DNA of 64,000 bases from Octopus vulgaris (GCA_951406725.2 OX597825.1:11966001-12030000); one strand, 5' to 3'. Positions 39,384 through 55,287 are shown, counted from the first letter of the stretch. The notes: generated by a model not told the origin, from the letters alone. A program made the numbers and translations.

Positions 39384-39782
39384 TCTTTTATTTGTTTCAG
39401 TCATTTCACTGCGGCTATGCTAGAGCACCGCTTTCAGTCGAACCAATCGACCCTAGGAGTTATTCTTTGTAAGCCTAGCACTTATTTTATCGGTTCTTTT
39501 GCCGAAACGCTGTTATGGGGGACGTAAAATCACCGACATCGATTGTCAAGCCATGATGGAGGAACAAACACAGACGCACAAACATGCACACGTACACACG
39601 CACACACGCACACACGCACACACATATACTTCTTTTAGTCTCCGCCTACTAAATCCAGTCACAAACTTTCGTCGGTCCGTAGCTGTAGTAGAAGACACTT
39701 GCCCGAGATGCCACGCAGCTGGACTGAACCTGGAAGCATGCAGTTTGTAAACAATCTACTTACCACACAGCCACTCCTGAGC
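39384..39782 (-). mobile_element. SINE family A, diverged
   Basis: Same blocks as the other copies, with more substitutions. Confidence 0.8.
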
Positions 39783-40324
39783 CATGTAGGAATTGTTATG
39801 AGAGAATGAGAAAGAAAGTCTTAATATCAACTGTATTGAGCGTTTTATAACGATCTCCTAAAAACCATCTTGTCTTAAACTCTATAACATCCATATATAT
39901 ATAGTTATACACATTGTGAATCGATTAATAGGAGTAACAAAAAATTAAATATATTTCGCTGAATATCATCATAAAATTCATTTCCTAACTGTTGACATAG
40001 GAAGTTTAACAAATGATGAGCTACTTAAAATGAATTCTCTAACGCCCCAACACCATCTCCATTTCATCAAAAATATATTATCAACATATAAATATACTTG
40101 GATATATATTTACATATAAAATGAATATATTTATTTTATTGACAATATGGTTTTCTTTTGCCAACGGCTTTCTCCTTCTTTATATTTCTATTTATAATTC
40201 TAATTCTGAGGAACATGAATTTGTCGTATTTCTAGATTTCTTAAATAAAGAATTCATTGAGATACCATTCGCTTTGATATAACAGAATAATTATCTCTAC
40301 GCCTCACACACACACACACACAAA

Positions 40325-40363
<39 letters not shown>

Positions 40364-40537
40364 ACACATACATATACACGTATATATATATATATATGTG
40401 TGTGTATGTATGTATGTGTGTATGTAGGTATGTGTATGTATGTGTGTATCTGCCCATCTCTCTCTCTCTCTCTATCTATCTATCAATCTATCTATCTATC
40501 AATATACCTATATATATATCTGTAATTCTTATATTAA

Positions 40538-40692
40538 ACTTCCTCTGTCCCTGTCTATGTCTGTGTTCCTTTCTGCTGAAGAGCGTAGGCTCGAAAGGTA
40601 AAAGACTTTCTCACTTCCCGAGCGTTAACCTAATGCATCTGTTTATTTTTTACATACCCCTCTTCGTCTTTTTTTCTTAGGTAAATTCTTCC
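40538..40692 (+). mobile_element. Short PLE-terminus-like element with hammerhead-like motif
   Basis: CTTT-CTGCTGAA-GAGC(GTAG)GCTC-GAAA-GG-TA-AAAG at 40569-40604. Confidence 0.55.
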
Positions 40693-41133
40693 GATAGATC
40701 CCATGATTGAACACTGAATACAACATTATTAGTCTTGAGCGATCTCCTCATATAAGCGCTTCGTGCAACAGAGTAAAAACATAGATCGTAGTGGACGAAA
40801 TGAGTTCGTCATGAGCTCCGGAATTCCCATATCCAGTGATTTCGATCCATTGGACTCCATGAGTTGGAAGCACAGGTCATCGCATGCCAGTCAAGTAAAA
40901 TAAATTCTCCTGAATTATGGATTAAAATTTTGGCACAAGGCCAGTAATTTCGGCGTAAGAGATAATACGAAAACATGGACACCACTGATCAATTGGTACT
41001 TATTTCATCGATCACGCAAATATTGAAGGTAAAAATCACCGTCGAAGTCAATTTATTCATTTGATACAGCACCAAAACATGTAGAGTTGTGCCGCCCACA
41101 CATATAAGTATAATGCGGAATATAAATGAAAGT

Positions 41134-41534
41134 TTACTCTTACTCTTTACTCTTTTACTTGTTTCAGTCATTTGACTGCGGCCATGCTGGAGCACTGCCT
41201 TTAGTCGAGAAAATCGACCCCGGGACTTATTCTTTGTAAGCCCAGTACTTATTTTATCGGTCTCTTTTGCCCAACCGCCAAGTGGCGGGGACGTAAACAC
41301 ACCAGCATCGGTTGTCAAGCAATGCTAGGGGGACAAACACAGACACGCAAACACACACACACACATATATATATATATACGACAGGCATCTTTCAGTTTC
41401 CGTCTACCAAATCCACTCACAAGGCTTTGGTCGGCCCGGGGCTATAGCAGAAGACACTTACCCAAGGTGCCACGCAGTGGGACTGAACCCGGAACCATGT
41501 GGTTGGTTAGCAAGCTACTTACCATACAGCCACT
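41134..41534 (-). mobile_element. SINE family A
   Basis: Near-identical to 646-1082. Confidence 0.9.
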
Positions 41535-42449
41535 GTTAAATATTTCTTTAATTTTCAATTCCTGTAATAGATTCTGGATTATGCAATTTTAAATTGTGTC
41601 ACTCTCTTTTTCGTAATACATACAGACACGAACACAGAAATATTTTCGTGTTTGTGAATGAGTTTTTGTGAGCATGTGTGTGTTTGTGTATGTGAGAGCA
41701 CGTATATATGTATACATATACACATGCATAGACGCAAAAGCACATACACACTCTCACACACGCATACACAGAGATATTTGCATTTATATATACATATGCA
41801 TACATATACGTATATAAAAACAGGCTGTGTATTCTTACATATTATGAATATTCTTTTCCACCTAAAAAAAACAAGTTATCATTTCTCTGCAATTACTTAT
41901 TAAAGAAAACTACTTTTGCGTGGACTTTAGTTATATATGCACCATCGGATATGAAGCCTTGGAACGATAGAAAATATTCATATGTGTACCGAGATGGATA
42001 AAACGAATTCGTTAGCCTATTTTCTCCAAGAGTCATTACACTTTTGCACGGGATATTGGTCTCCTCCGTCAGAAAGCGGCACTGTATAAATAAATCAAAA
42101 AGAAGCAGAAGCTTTTGGATAAAACAAATTGGAAACATATTTATGAAATATGTGCATAAACCACGAAGAAGCAGATAGAGATGAATAGCAAGAGAGTGTG
42201 CTTTGAACTGGGGAAAGACAAATGAATGTCAGTCAGTGTGATTGGGAACACTAAACACAATACCTGATAAACAGAAAAGGATGAATATGAAGATCGGGAA
42301 CGAAAAGAGCTATAGGTATGTGAGGTGGAGAGAAGCAGATACGGATGCATTGAAACAGAGAGAGTAAAAGACAAGGTGAGACTGAAGTATTTTTAGTGAG
42401 AGTGAGAGAAATAAACACAAACATACATGGATGTGTGTACTGCGTGTAT

Positions 42450-42646
42450 ACCGTTGGCGATTTTTTCTTCCGTCTTCCCCTTCTTTGGATCTTTCCTTCT
42501 CCTATGTTTCCGACGAAGAGCCCCGCCCCAAACGTTAAATCTTCCTTCATTCTTTCCTTCTTTCCTGAGCGTCCAATAACACTATACTTGTTCCAAGTCC
42601 TAGCGTTGTTGTGCTTTCTCTTTGTGTTTTCATGTTTGGATTAACT
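42450..42646 (+). mobile_element. Second copy of the 15995-16193 family, with decayed hammerhead-like motif, ending in TATATA
   Basis: TTT-CCGACGAA-GAGC(CCC)GCCC-CAAA-CG-TT-AAA at 42507-42539; shared flanks such as TCCGTCTTCC and GCGTTGTTGT. Confidence 0.55.
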
Positions 42647-42650
42647 ATAT

Positions 42651-42681
<31 letters not shown>

Positions 42682-43288
42682 TTGTGTGTGTCTGTGTGTG
42701 TGTTTTTGTGTGTGTGGCTCAGTGGTTAGAGCGTCGAGCTTACGATTCTTGAGATGTATATATATATGTATATATATATGTGTGTGTATTTACGCATACA
42801 TATTTATACGCACATATCACACACAAATACACATACACATAGCTATAGACGTGATACATTCATATATCATAGATATGTACGTAGATAGTTCATTAGCCGT
42901 CCATTTTCCATTCAATTTAACCAATGTTTCCCTGTTTTGTTTTCCAGTTATATTTAGGTAAATGCTTACATAGCAACGGTAGCTACAGTTAGATCATTTA
43001 TAGTATAAAGGGATCTATGTAAGGAAAGAAATTGGCCTTTATCGAAAATGCAGTATCAGAGTGTCTGCGTGTGCTCTACCACCAAAATAAAGTTCATAAA
43101 TTACAGAAATCAATTAAATATCCAATGGACAACATGCTGCAATATATGTTTGACATTAATGCCTTTGTATAAACTTCATGTCTCAAATGAATTTAATACA
43201 GAGGAAAAAGGCGAGCATCTTAATCAAATTTTCAAAATTCAAACAATAAACAATATGCATTTGAATTTCTTTCCGAATAACAACCTCT

Positions 43289-43701
43289 GGATCTTTTCGG
43301 TTTGAACGGCATTTTTTTTTTTTTTTAGCGGTGTCATATGAAATTGTCACCCATAATTATGACCCTCGTATCGATCTATTGCATTTCAATCTGTTTTAGG
43401 GTTAGGGTTAGGGGAGGGGGGAAGGGTATCTTATTTTCTTCACAAATGTAAATAAATCCAATCTGTTTCTTAAATGAGGGACATATTTATACGGCACAGA
43501 ATTTTTTTTAACTCAATAGACGTCACTGATTGGTTGAAATTGCAGAAATTGAAGAAAAATATCTTACAAACTATAGAATTTTCTCAATAAAGCCAAGAGC
43601 AAAAGATGTTTTATAAACACATTTTACCAACATACGAAGTTTAAAATTTTTTAGTTACCTATAAATTATGTTAAAAATAGCCGTTCAAACCGAAAAGATC
43701 C
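43289..43701. mobile_element. Merlin/IS1016-type MITE
   Basis: Perfect 22-bp TIR GGATCTTTTCGGTTTGAACGGC; perfect 8-bp TSD CAACCTCT (43281-43288, 43702-43709); GG termini plus 8-bp TSD fit Merlin; internal (TTAGGG)3. Confidence 0.85.
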
Positions 43702-44029
43702 CAACCTCTGAAGAACTGCTGTAAAACTGCAATTAGTGTATAGATTATCTCCGTTTGAATGCACTCTTAGTCAACCTAGTTACTGTTGCTATGCGAAACA
43801 TTAACCTGAACGTTGCTGTAAAACATGAAAGTACCTGTAGTGATACGAAAATCTAAATTAATGAGTGAAAATGCGTTTATGTTGGAATTTTATTGACTTA
43901 TCTATAGGAATGTGTATGTATGCCAGTGTGAGTGTATGTGTGTGTGCGTGTGTGCGTGTGTGTGCCTATGGGTGGTCGTGAATGATTGTGATTACTTACA
44001 TTTCTCGCCTCCTTCGTACATACACACAC

Positions 44030-44081
44030 ATATGTATATGTATATATATATATAAATATAAATAAATATATATATATATAT

Positions 44082-44139
<58 letters not shown>

Positions 44140-44161
44140 ATATATATAAATATATATGTAC

Positions 44162-44230
<69 letters not shown>

Positions 44231-44654
44231 AATTATATTCATGTACGCCCACACTCACCTTTATTACTTGTAACATTTGCTTTCTGTCTCATCAAAGCTC
44301 TTCAATGAGGCATGTTAGATTTAGCCGACCGAAACCGATAGCGATAATTATGACTTCGCTTAACTTCGAAAATATGAGCGTATGACACTGTAACCGCGTA
44401 CATAATACGAAAACTGTGGGTTTCTGATTAGAGACAATATGGTCCACCATATATTTGTACACTTTGTATTAGTTTGTTTCTATGAAGCTTTTGTTTTTCG
44501 TTTTTCATATCTTACTGTTAATTGTATGTAACCCATTTGATAGTTCAATTCCCAAATGATCTATCAACAATAAGGTTTGTATTAAAGTCTGTGAGTTATT
44601 ATTAATGTCACATTAATTGCAAAGTGGCAACGTGTATATGCATATGTATGTATA

Positions 44655-44687
<33 letters not shown>

Positions 44688-44783
44688 CTATGTATGATTG
44701 TATGTATGTGTATATATATGTATGTATGCTTGTATATATATATATATATGTATGCTTGTATGTATATATATGTATATATATAT

Positions 44784-44861
<78 letters not shown>

Positions 44862-44945
44862 GTATATATTTATATATATATACATACATACATGAATATA
44901 TATACATATATGTATGCATATATATGTGTGTGTGTGTGTGTCTAT
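44030..44945. repeat. Two long (TA)n-rich tracts (44030-44230, 44630-44945)
   Basis: Seen directly. Confidence 0.95.
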
Positions 44946-46009
44946 AGGTATGTATGTGTGTGGGTTTGTTTATGCAACAGCAGCGTACAATGCACTGGCA
45001 TCTCAGCTATATTTAATAACGGTTTTATGTCTATGTTAATACAATGGACATTACATCGCTATACTTATTAAGACCCATGGGTGAAAAGTGATGGGAAACT
45101 AAACATTCGATTTATTCCTATATCAACATATTGTGCTCAATAAAGCGGAAGAGACAGAGATAGTTGTATGGACAGCCTACTCATAATGGACTTCATTTGA
45201 ACAGAAACAGTGATTTTATTTCATGTGTTATAGAGAAGATTTCAGCGTTGTGTTATAGTTTACCAATGTATCAAAGAAGAAATTCTTACACAAGCGATCA
45301 CAACGATAACTATATTAAATAATTTATATAATTGACGAAATTTGAGACTTCTGCGAGGTTGCAAACAAATACTGGACCATAAAAATACCAATATTTCTTA
45401 AGAATTGACATAAAAAGCAATATCACAGAAGCCGATTGCTCGTATAAAAAAGCAACCAATAAACAAAATATGTAGAGGCCATATATACACTTACCTGAGC
45501 AAAATAGCCATTCTGGTAGACTATGATTTAAATAAAAATATATTTGAATAGCAATAGTGAGTTGAATGGGAGGGAAAAATTGTACAAATGTTGATGTTGG
45601 TGTGATATATTTTAAAAATCATTAATGATATTATTTGAAAAGTAGACGGTGTATCAAATGACAATATTTTTACTTCATGGACTTAAGCTTTTGAATACAG
45701 ATTTCAAATGAAACATTTTCAAATATAGCGGATACTTATTATTAGCAAGAACTTTGAAAGTAATCATAAAGAATTTGAATTCCATTGAGGAAAGACTGTA
45801 ATTCATAATTAAGTTTAGTTCGTATGTTAATTTTTGTTTCAACGAAAATTAATAAGTTTCTTTATGTCCTCAGTGTTCAATCATATTTTCAACTTTTACC
45901 GACGCCTTCAAAAATGTATTTTGTTCATCACTGAAATACAAGGACAATAATTCTTACATATGTAATGATATATCACACAATCGTTTATTGGACATTCACA
46001 ATAAACCAC

Positions 46010-46730
46010 AGAAAACCACTACTTTCAAAAACAAGCATTGCAAAGCGTTTAAAGTGGAGAAAAACACACAGAATTGATCCCTAGAGCAGTGGAATTATGT
46101 TATTTTATCTAATAAGTCATACTTTACCTTATTTCCGACCACCGGCCGAGTATACATGTGGAGGCAGCGAAAAGAAGCATTTGTCCCAGACTGCCTTCTT
46201 CCAACTGTTATACATGGAGGAGGATCTGTGGTGATCTGGAGTCTATACTTTGGAAATCCACCGGCACAATGGTTTCCATTCATGGCAGATTAATAGCCAA
46301 GACTCTTTAAGCATTTTATCTGATCAAATTCATCCTAATGGTTGCGAAACTTTTCCCTGAGGGAAACACAATCTTTCAGGTTGATAATGCACCAATTCAC
46401 GCAGCTAAAGTTGTTACTGAATGGCACAAGGAACATTCTAGTGACGTCCAACGTCTTATCTGTCCACCACAGTCCCCAGATCTCAATATTATTAAATATT
46501 TATGGTGCATTGTAGAAAAACAAGGAGTCGATATCCTCCACCATCACCACTGCAAGAACTGGAGACTGTTTTACTGTTTTATCTGAAGAATTTACAAAAA
46601 TTCCTTTCGAAACAATTGAAACTTTGTACGAATCCATACCTCGTAAATACTGCCAAAGTCGGTCCTACGCCATATAAAAATAAATTTCTTTGAAATTTTA
46701 AGGTGTTTCCATTATTTTGTCCAAACCCTG
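46010..46730 (+). pseudogene. Tc1-family transposase relic with right TIR
   Basis: KPLLSK..KRLKW, QWNYVILSNKSYF, PTVIHGGGSVVIW, IFQVDNAPIH, PPQSPDLNIIKYLW (DD34E-type motifs, decayed); ends AGGTGTTTCCATTATTTTGTCCAAACCCTG|TA. Confidence 0.9.
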
Positions 46731-47369
46731 TATATCATTATTAATACCATTAATAACACAAAGAACTGGCAGAGTTCTTTGCACGACTGAACAATGCTCA
46801 GCGTCATTTCTTCCTGCAATACATTGAATTAAAATTCCAGTGCAGTCGACTGTGCCTTTCATTCATTCGGGATCTTATAATACGTCTGTCATCGACCACA
46901 GGGGTCGATAGAAACAACTAGACCTCACATCATTAATTTCAGCTGTTCTACTTACAGTACTAAGGATTATTAATATTACTGATAATGCTGCGAGATGGAA
47001 GATTCCACGGACAAAATACTTAACGACACTTCTTCTGGTCCCTTGCATTCTGAGTTCAAGTTAAGAGTGACGTTTCCTTGCCGTGGGATACAATCAATTT
47101 AATACTTCTCGAAATAAGTTAAGTAATATCATAAGATCTCTTGGCGTTTGCACAATAACTGAGCACAATATTGTAACTATGATTGTATTATTCAATTTCC
47201 CCATTGGCACTTCCAGCTTCGTGTTAGAATAAATGACAGTAATCAGGTATTATTAGCGACTCAAGAGATGACCTGCTCTCCAATGGTCCTACTACTAATA
47301 AAACAGGTTTTATATATGTATATATATATGTGTGTATCGTGTGTATTTGTGTGTGTGTTGTGTGTGTGC

Positions 47370-47436
<67 letters not shown>

Positions 47437-47445
47437 CATACATAT

Positions 47446-47568
<123 letters not shown>

Positions 47569-47644
47569 CAATAGTAATGAGGACCAATTCTATTGCGGTT
47601 CTGTTGCTAAGCAACAACGATATAGTTTACCTACGCATATAAAT

Positions 47645-47860
47645 ATTATTTTCTATTCTAGGCACAAGGTCCATAATTTTCGGGGAGTATCTAGTCGATT
47701 AGATCGACCTCAGTACGCAACTGGTACTTAATTTATCAACCCCGAAATGATGAAAGGCAAAGTCGACCTCTGCGGAATTTGAGCACAGAACGTAAGAACG
47801 GTCGAAATAACGCTAAGCAATTCGTCCATGGTGTTAACGATTCTGCTAACTAGACGCCTT
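47645..47860 (-). mobile_element. SINE family B (tail type 1) with 13-bp TSD
   Basis: TSD TACGC(A/T)TATAAAT at 47632-47644 and 47861-47873. Confidence 0.85.
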
Positions 47861-48154
47861 TACGCTTATAAATGTTACAATGTGAAATAAATCAAAATGG
47901 AACGCATCAAAACACTTTAATAAATTGTCACATTATTCCTGCACTTCTACCATTCGAACCTGTTCTTTTAACATAGCTATAGTCCTAAACACTGTTGTTT
48001 ACCTGATATTCTGCATGATAAATGTTCGATACAATTAGAGCTGTCTTCATGGCTATCCATGCTCAACATCATGTTATACAACAACACCTCAATAAAATTA
48101 AGTTCCTTGTGCCATTCACTAAGAATGAGTTTTATTGTCCAATAATTATTGTTG

Positions 48155-48545
48155 CTATGAGTTCAAATTCGGTCCCTTTAGGGTCAATAAGTTTAGTACC
48201 AGTGAAATACTGGGGTCGATGTAATTGATTTACCTCTTCCTCCGAACTTCCTGGCTTTGTACCAAAAATTATTATTTATTTGAAACCAATATTTGTTGTT
48301 GCTATTATTGTTTATTCTCAGAAATCGGTTTGCTGGCTGAATCGTTAGCGCGCCGGATAAAATGCGCGGCGGCATTTCTTCCGGTCTTTCGTTCTTATTC
48401 CAAAAGCTGTCGCGATCGACCTTGTGCTTCATCCTGTCGAGGGTTGATAAAATAATAAATAAACAGTTCAGCACTGGGGTCGATGTAATCAACTCCCCCA
48501 CACACATTTAACAATCGCGTTCCTTGTTTCAGATTTTAAAAACTA
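48155..48545 (+). mobile_element. Two decayed SINE family B copies
   Basis: Two ACTGGGGTCGATGTAAT blocks and head remnants. Confidence 0.6.
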
Positions 48546-49744
48546 CTTTTGTTTATTTATAGGTTATTCTTGATAGAAAAACCCCGAACGAAGAAGAGTC
48601 TATGGTAAACATTTGTTATTTATAAAAGCAAATCTAGGATTACACAGTCCAGCGAGTAGTTGGATTGTTTTAAGACAGAAGGATGGATTTCGTGGAGATT
48701 TGTCTATTATTTCATGCAAATCAACCACTTGAGGTGGAGGTCTCTTATGTTGTCAGCAGATGTAATATGTTAGGTCTCTCAGATTTTCTTCTTGTTTAAA
48801 AGCAAAGTGCTTTCTTTGAATGTAAATATCTATTTCCTCATCAGGTTTTTAGTCAAATAAATGAGCATACGTAGTACGTTTTACGCTATTCCCCGTACAT
48901 GGAACTAATTGATGAATTATATGTTATTACGGGTTTCTTTTCTAGATGTATTGTTTTTTATATTCACAAGTATTTGCATTTCAATTCCTCCTAAGGAAGA
49001 TTTTACAGTTTTTATGTAACCATCTCAGTGTTGGCAACATCTTTTCTAAATCTGTGTATTATTAATATCGACAGAATAATTTTATATAATATAATGTCAT
49101 TATTGATTCACAGAAGAGTTTTCTTATAGATATTTACTACAGTATTTCGGACACAAAGATTGTGTGGTCTGGAAATGAGATCAATATAAAGACATTAATC
49201 TATATTACCTGTCAGTCACCACCCGATTATTTACTATCGATTTTGTTCAATTCAAGACAACAGAAAAATGGAAATTTTTTTATCAAGTCTGAATATACGT
49301 CCATCCACACATATACATCCAAAGCCATATAGTTAAATAATACAAATATTAGAAATTCTGTTCCTATGCACATTAAAGCTACACGTTTCAAAACGAATAC
49401 GTAGGTACACTGTAAATATTAAACCTCAATATAACCGTTGATCTCTAAGGGAAACTGGATATAAAATAATGCAAAAGCTTCCTATTCCAAAGCAAGAATT
49501 CTTCATCTATCAATTTATGATTGTCTTAAATGTTCAGCTGCGATCTGCATTTGTACAGTGTCCAAGTAACTCGGACATTGCTGTTGTTTCTGTATCAAGT
49601 GTTATGACCTGTTCAAAAACATTTGCTAGATTCACGATTGAAAATAACCATGCTAAATCGGGCTTTTCCCACCTTACGCCATAAATATATGCACGGCGAT
49701 CGACAACATAGACTTCTAGCTTGTATGAATCTACTGGCTCCAGG

Positions 49745-50228
<484 letters not shown>

Positions 50229-51829
50229 CTTAATCTCACATATATGATACGGTCGGTATACTAGTACTATTCGCTTGCATATATCCCTTTCTAACAAAAA
50301 AAAGTACAATAGAAGACCGAACGGCAACACACACTTTTGTTAGATGTCATGACTAGTCAACTGCATTTGTCTACGTAGTTCTGTTATAAAAGCCGGTGCG
50401 ATCACAACGAACTTTTACCTGAACTCTAATCTTTACATATCTATTATTGCTTAGTTATTTACGGTTAATGTAATTAACGTTTGTATAAACTCAGAACATC
50501 ACGGGGACTTATCTAGGAGCATGCCACTGATTTTCGAACAATATTCATATTCTGAGGACATTAAATGGCGTTCGTCAAGAAACAAACAGTATATATACAA
50601 TGCAAAGCATTCTGGAGACTTTTACGCTCTGGCAAGTCTCAAAATTCTAAAACACCAAATCAAAATACTGAATCAATATGCAGAATTTTTTTTCTTGATC
50701 TCGCATGTGGAAATAAATTCTGAAAACCCACAATGGCGGAAAAAAAGAAATCACGATAAAAAATATTTTTCTATTAAAAATTCGTACCTTAATAATAGGA
50801 ACAATTTGAGAATGACCTTTTCTCTTTATATACTATTATTCAAACTGTTTCTAATAATTGCATAAGAATTAATTGAATAAATTGGATTATTTCCTCTCCA
50901 TTAAATAGGTAGGTTCCACATATTCACAAGAGAAAAACATATCGGCTTTTTTTTTGTATTTTAACACAGTAATCATTATAAAATGTTTGAACGGATACAT
51001 AGAATAACACACACATCACGTCCTCAATACAGACGCAAGACACAGACAAACATATATTCTAACAATATATCGCCACAAATGCTACAACTAATGAAAACAC
51101 AAGTCTCTGAAACATCATCACAGCAGTATTTGTCTTTTTTTCCTATTCAAATAATATTTTGCACATTAATTAAGAATAGCATCTGAGTGACCTCTCCTAA
51201 AAAAAAGGCCTCGTGGGTTTTACTAGATAATTGCAAATAGAATAATTCAATAAATTGCATTAATTTACTACGACAAAAATAGCTTATTTCATAAAAACCA
51301 CCAAGGATAAATTTTACTTTTCTATTTTAATAAAATATTACAACCTAACGAGGGCGCTAAGGCGGCGATGCTAAATACTTAGAATATAAATGTGCACATA
51401 AACAGCAGATTGTCTGAAGCAGACACAAACATACTTATGGCGACACGAAGAGAAAACATAAAAAACATACATAAATCGCAGATAATAAAAAACTCGGTTC
51501 ACAAATCTTCTACAGAGGAAATGAAACGTTCATTTTTTGGTATCCAATTCTTTAGAGGAATACTATCGACATGATAAATGTACGATTTTTACCCCGCATT
51601 AACCTAAGAAACATACATGAGTAGCGAAACTAATAGTCCATTGTAAATATTAAGTAAAAATTGCAGTAAAAAATTATATATGTTTACACACACATGGGTA
51701 TACATACATACATACACACACACACACATATATACACACACACATATATACACACTCACATACATATATATATATATATATATGTGAAGAATATATGTAT
51801 ATATATGTAATATATATATATATGTGTAT

Positions 51830-52019
51830 ACTCTCTCTTTTACTCTTTTACTTGTTTCAGTCATTTAGACGCGGCCATGCTGGAGCACCGCCTTTAGTCG
51901 AGCAAATCGACCCCGGGACTTATTCTTTGTAAGCCCAGTACTTATTCTATCGATCTCTTTTGCCGAACCGCTAGGTGACGGGGACGTAAACACACCAGCA
52001 TCGGTTGTCAGACACACAA

Positions 52020-52054
<35 letters not shown>

Positions 52055-52225
52055 CATATATACGACAGGCTTCTTTCAGTTTCCGTCTACCAAATCCACT
52101 CACAAGGCATTGGTCGGCCCGGGGCTATAGCAGAAGACACTTGCCCAAGGTGCCACGCAGTGGGACTGAACCCGGAACCATGTGGTTGGTTAGCAAGCTA
52201 CTTACTACACAGCCACTCCTGCGCC
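51830..52225 (-). mobile_element. SINE family A within a (TA)-rich tract
   Basis: Near-identical to 646-1082, with a small internal deletion. Confidence 0.9.
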
Positions 52226-53138
52226 TATGTATATATATATATGATATAAATAATATATATATGCATATATACATACGTATATTTGTATGTATATATAAAT
52301 ATATATATATATGTATGTATATATGTGTGTATATATGAATGTATATGTAAGTGTGCATATATATATGCATTTTTACCTTCACACACACAAAGACACACAC
52401 ACATGTACACATACACAGACGTCATAATTATTACAGGAGCGATATGTGAACTTATTCACGTTCCGTGCTCATATTCTTTAGATTTTGGATGTGGTTGTAT
52501 AGCGTACCGTGCCCGATCCTTAAACTTTCGCATTCAGAATCATAGTGGTATGCCTTAAGGAAAACGAGACCCCCTGTGACTTCGTAAAAGAAGAAAAAAA
52601 AGCAAGAATACTTTAGGAACAATTGTAAGGGAACTGGGGATAATTCTGTTTGTAGAATATTGGCTATGTCCCTGGGTTCCTATAGTTGCAGTTCGAAGAA
52701 GGAATGTTTGTTGGGGTACGTAAAATGACGTGTTTTATAGTAGGGCCGTATCTATAGAAAACTCGAAAGATAAGTCTGTGGAAGACGTTCTTATACGTAT
52801 GGCTGTCTGTGAGAAAACTCTTCCTCTTGCTTCGGAAATGTAGATTTATCAAATACTCGCAGTCTTGGTGTGTATAACCGCAGACACACACTTAACCACT
52901 ATTCTCCCTACCTCAGTTCAGTAGGTTGTGAAGGGTGTGTCTGCTGGAGAGCGTTACGGCTGTACTCCTTTTTATCTAAGTAGAGATGAATAAGTTGAGA
53001 GAGAATATGTTTCTGACTGACACTTCGGACCTCCAAACACAAACGAGAGCAAATACGAATGTAAATATGTGTTTCTATCTGTCTACCTACACAAGCACGC
53101 ACACACATACATGCACACACGCACATACTCACACGCAC

Positions 53139-53190
<52 letters not shown>

Positions 53191-54116
53191 GTGTGTGTGT
53201 GTGTGTTTGGCGAATGTGTGTGTATTAATTATCATTTGCCCAGTTACCTTGCGATGCTACCCATCTATTCACCAACTCAAACTCATCGTTCTATACATAC
53301 ACATTCGAATATTTATGTTCACACCTGAGAGTGATAAAATTTTGGAATTAGCAAATAATCAAGTAATTTCACGGGTACCGAGTTTGCCAACATTTATAAT
53401 TAACTCTTCAGCGATCTTGTACGTATGTTGCCAAATTTATAATACAATGTTCAGCTGAAAAGCAACATAGGCCTTAAAGATCTACGTTACATGGTTCCTG
53501 TTGAGTTAAGTTTTCTATAAATCACTGGTTACGATTAAATATAACCCACTTACTACTTTCTATTTTTATGTTATATTTCATATTAACTTTCTGGCAATAT
53601 TCAATGGAATTTGGAATTCTCATATAGTAATTTTATATTTGATCTAAAACTTTCTATGTATAAATATCGATTTCTAAGGCTTATAGTCTTTATCTGTATT
53701 ATATAATGAATTGTAGAAACCACCAAATTCTAGTAGTGGTTGATTTCGTTAGATTTTAAACATTTGTTTTATATTATTTTAAGATGGTTAATATCCATTT
53801 GTTTCCGATACAGAATCTTGTAGCTTATTTGCAATTGTGATTTGCAGGAATTACATTTTATTCAGGAATTCATATAGGATACAATCGTACTTAATTGCTG
53901 TAAATTATCATGGAATTATATTATAACGGAGTACCGAAAATTCTTTAATTCTTTCGATTTCAGAAATATTTAAAATAGTGCTGAAACAGAATGTGCATTC
54001 ATGACCTACTCCGAAAATGGTTTACAAGACGTGATGTATGATATATTAATAATTGGGTACAAACAATGAAATTACTATTAACATATTCAAATGATGTATA
54101 TTCTTGTGAATATATG

Positions 54117-54637
54117 CCGTAAATCCTCGAGTATAGGCCGCCCTTGAGTATAATACGCAGGGGATTTTTAGGGGGTTGTTCCTCTGAAAAACCTAAACCT
54201 TGTGTATAATGCACACCCCTTCTCTAACATGAGTCGTGCGTAATTGAGCCAGCACCATCTAGTCGAACAAGCATTTCCGCGCATGCGTAATACAATAATG
54301 GTGATGTTCTTAACTGTTATATGGGAATGTACATATGTTTGCAAATTGTTTTTGTTACATGTTATTCTGCGTTCTGAATACTTTTATTTTAATAAATGTT
54401 GTTTACTGCAAGTTATAAATGATTCTTTTATGACTTCATTGCTTTCAGGCTTAGCTCAAGGTATTTTCACGCCCGACATCATAAAATACGTCTGAATAAA
54501 CATTGGAGATCAAATAGAGACTCGGACATTGCTTAGAAAATATTTTCTTCATTTTTAACCTCGTATATAGTACGCACTAGGGATTTTGACCTTTAACTTT
54601 TGGGGGAAAAATTCGGATTATACTCGAGAATTTACGA
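54117..54637. mobile_element. Tc2/pogo-type (Tc1/mariner superfamily) MITE
   Basis: Imperfect TIR CCGTAAATCCTCGAGTATAGGCCG / CGGATTATACTCGAGAATTTACGA; TA on the right flank; subterminal GTATAATNCGCA-like repeats. Confidence 0.75.
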
Positions 54638-55252
54638 TACACTGGATAAGCCAAATTGTTTCTATAATGGACAAAATGTCATTGAAGAATCTTGTATATC
54701 TCGATGAGTAAAGTTAAAGTACTTTGAACAGCAGCTGTACTTTTTAATTTACTGTGGTGGGTTAAAAAAATGCTAATGTGACAACTGGTTCTTTTTTCTG
54801 TTAGTTTTCACAAAATGATTGACCATGTAAAGAGTTAACAAATAATTAATGTGTTAATTGATGAGATGCATCTCTTAAACATTAAGCAATTAATTACTGA
54901 CAGAATCACGTGAGGCAATACATTAATTCATATATGTATTTTCATCACAATGTATTTTAAAATACTGAAACCTTTTAATCTGGTCAGATATAATAATGGA
55001 ATAAAATTTCAACATATTTTCTCTGTAGTACTTCTTGAATTTCACAATCCAGTAATGGTGCATTAACGTTTCAATATTGAATCAAGCATATGCTCACACA
55101 TTTATACACTGAAAGACCAGCATGTGAACGTATATATGTGGTTTCTATATACACATACAGTGAACCACACATGTATATATATATATATATACACATATAT
55201 ATATATATATACGGTCTCTCCCTCCATCTGTCAGTCTCTCTGTCTTTCCCTC

Positions 55253-55287
<35 letters not shown>

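Noticed and set aside
43396-43413. Interstitial telomere or chromosome fusion scar
   Set aside because: Only three units, and they lie inside a TIR-bounded MITE.
44295-44345. Additional hammerhead-like remnants here and at ~25092-25130 and ~61349-61385
   Set aside because: Cores and stems are too degenerate to distinguish from chance by eye.
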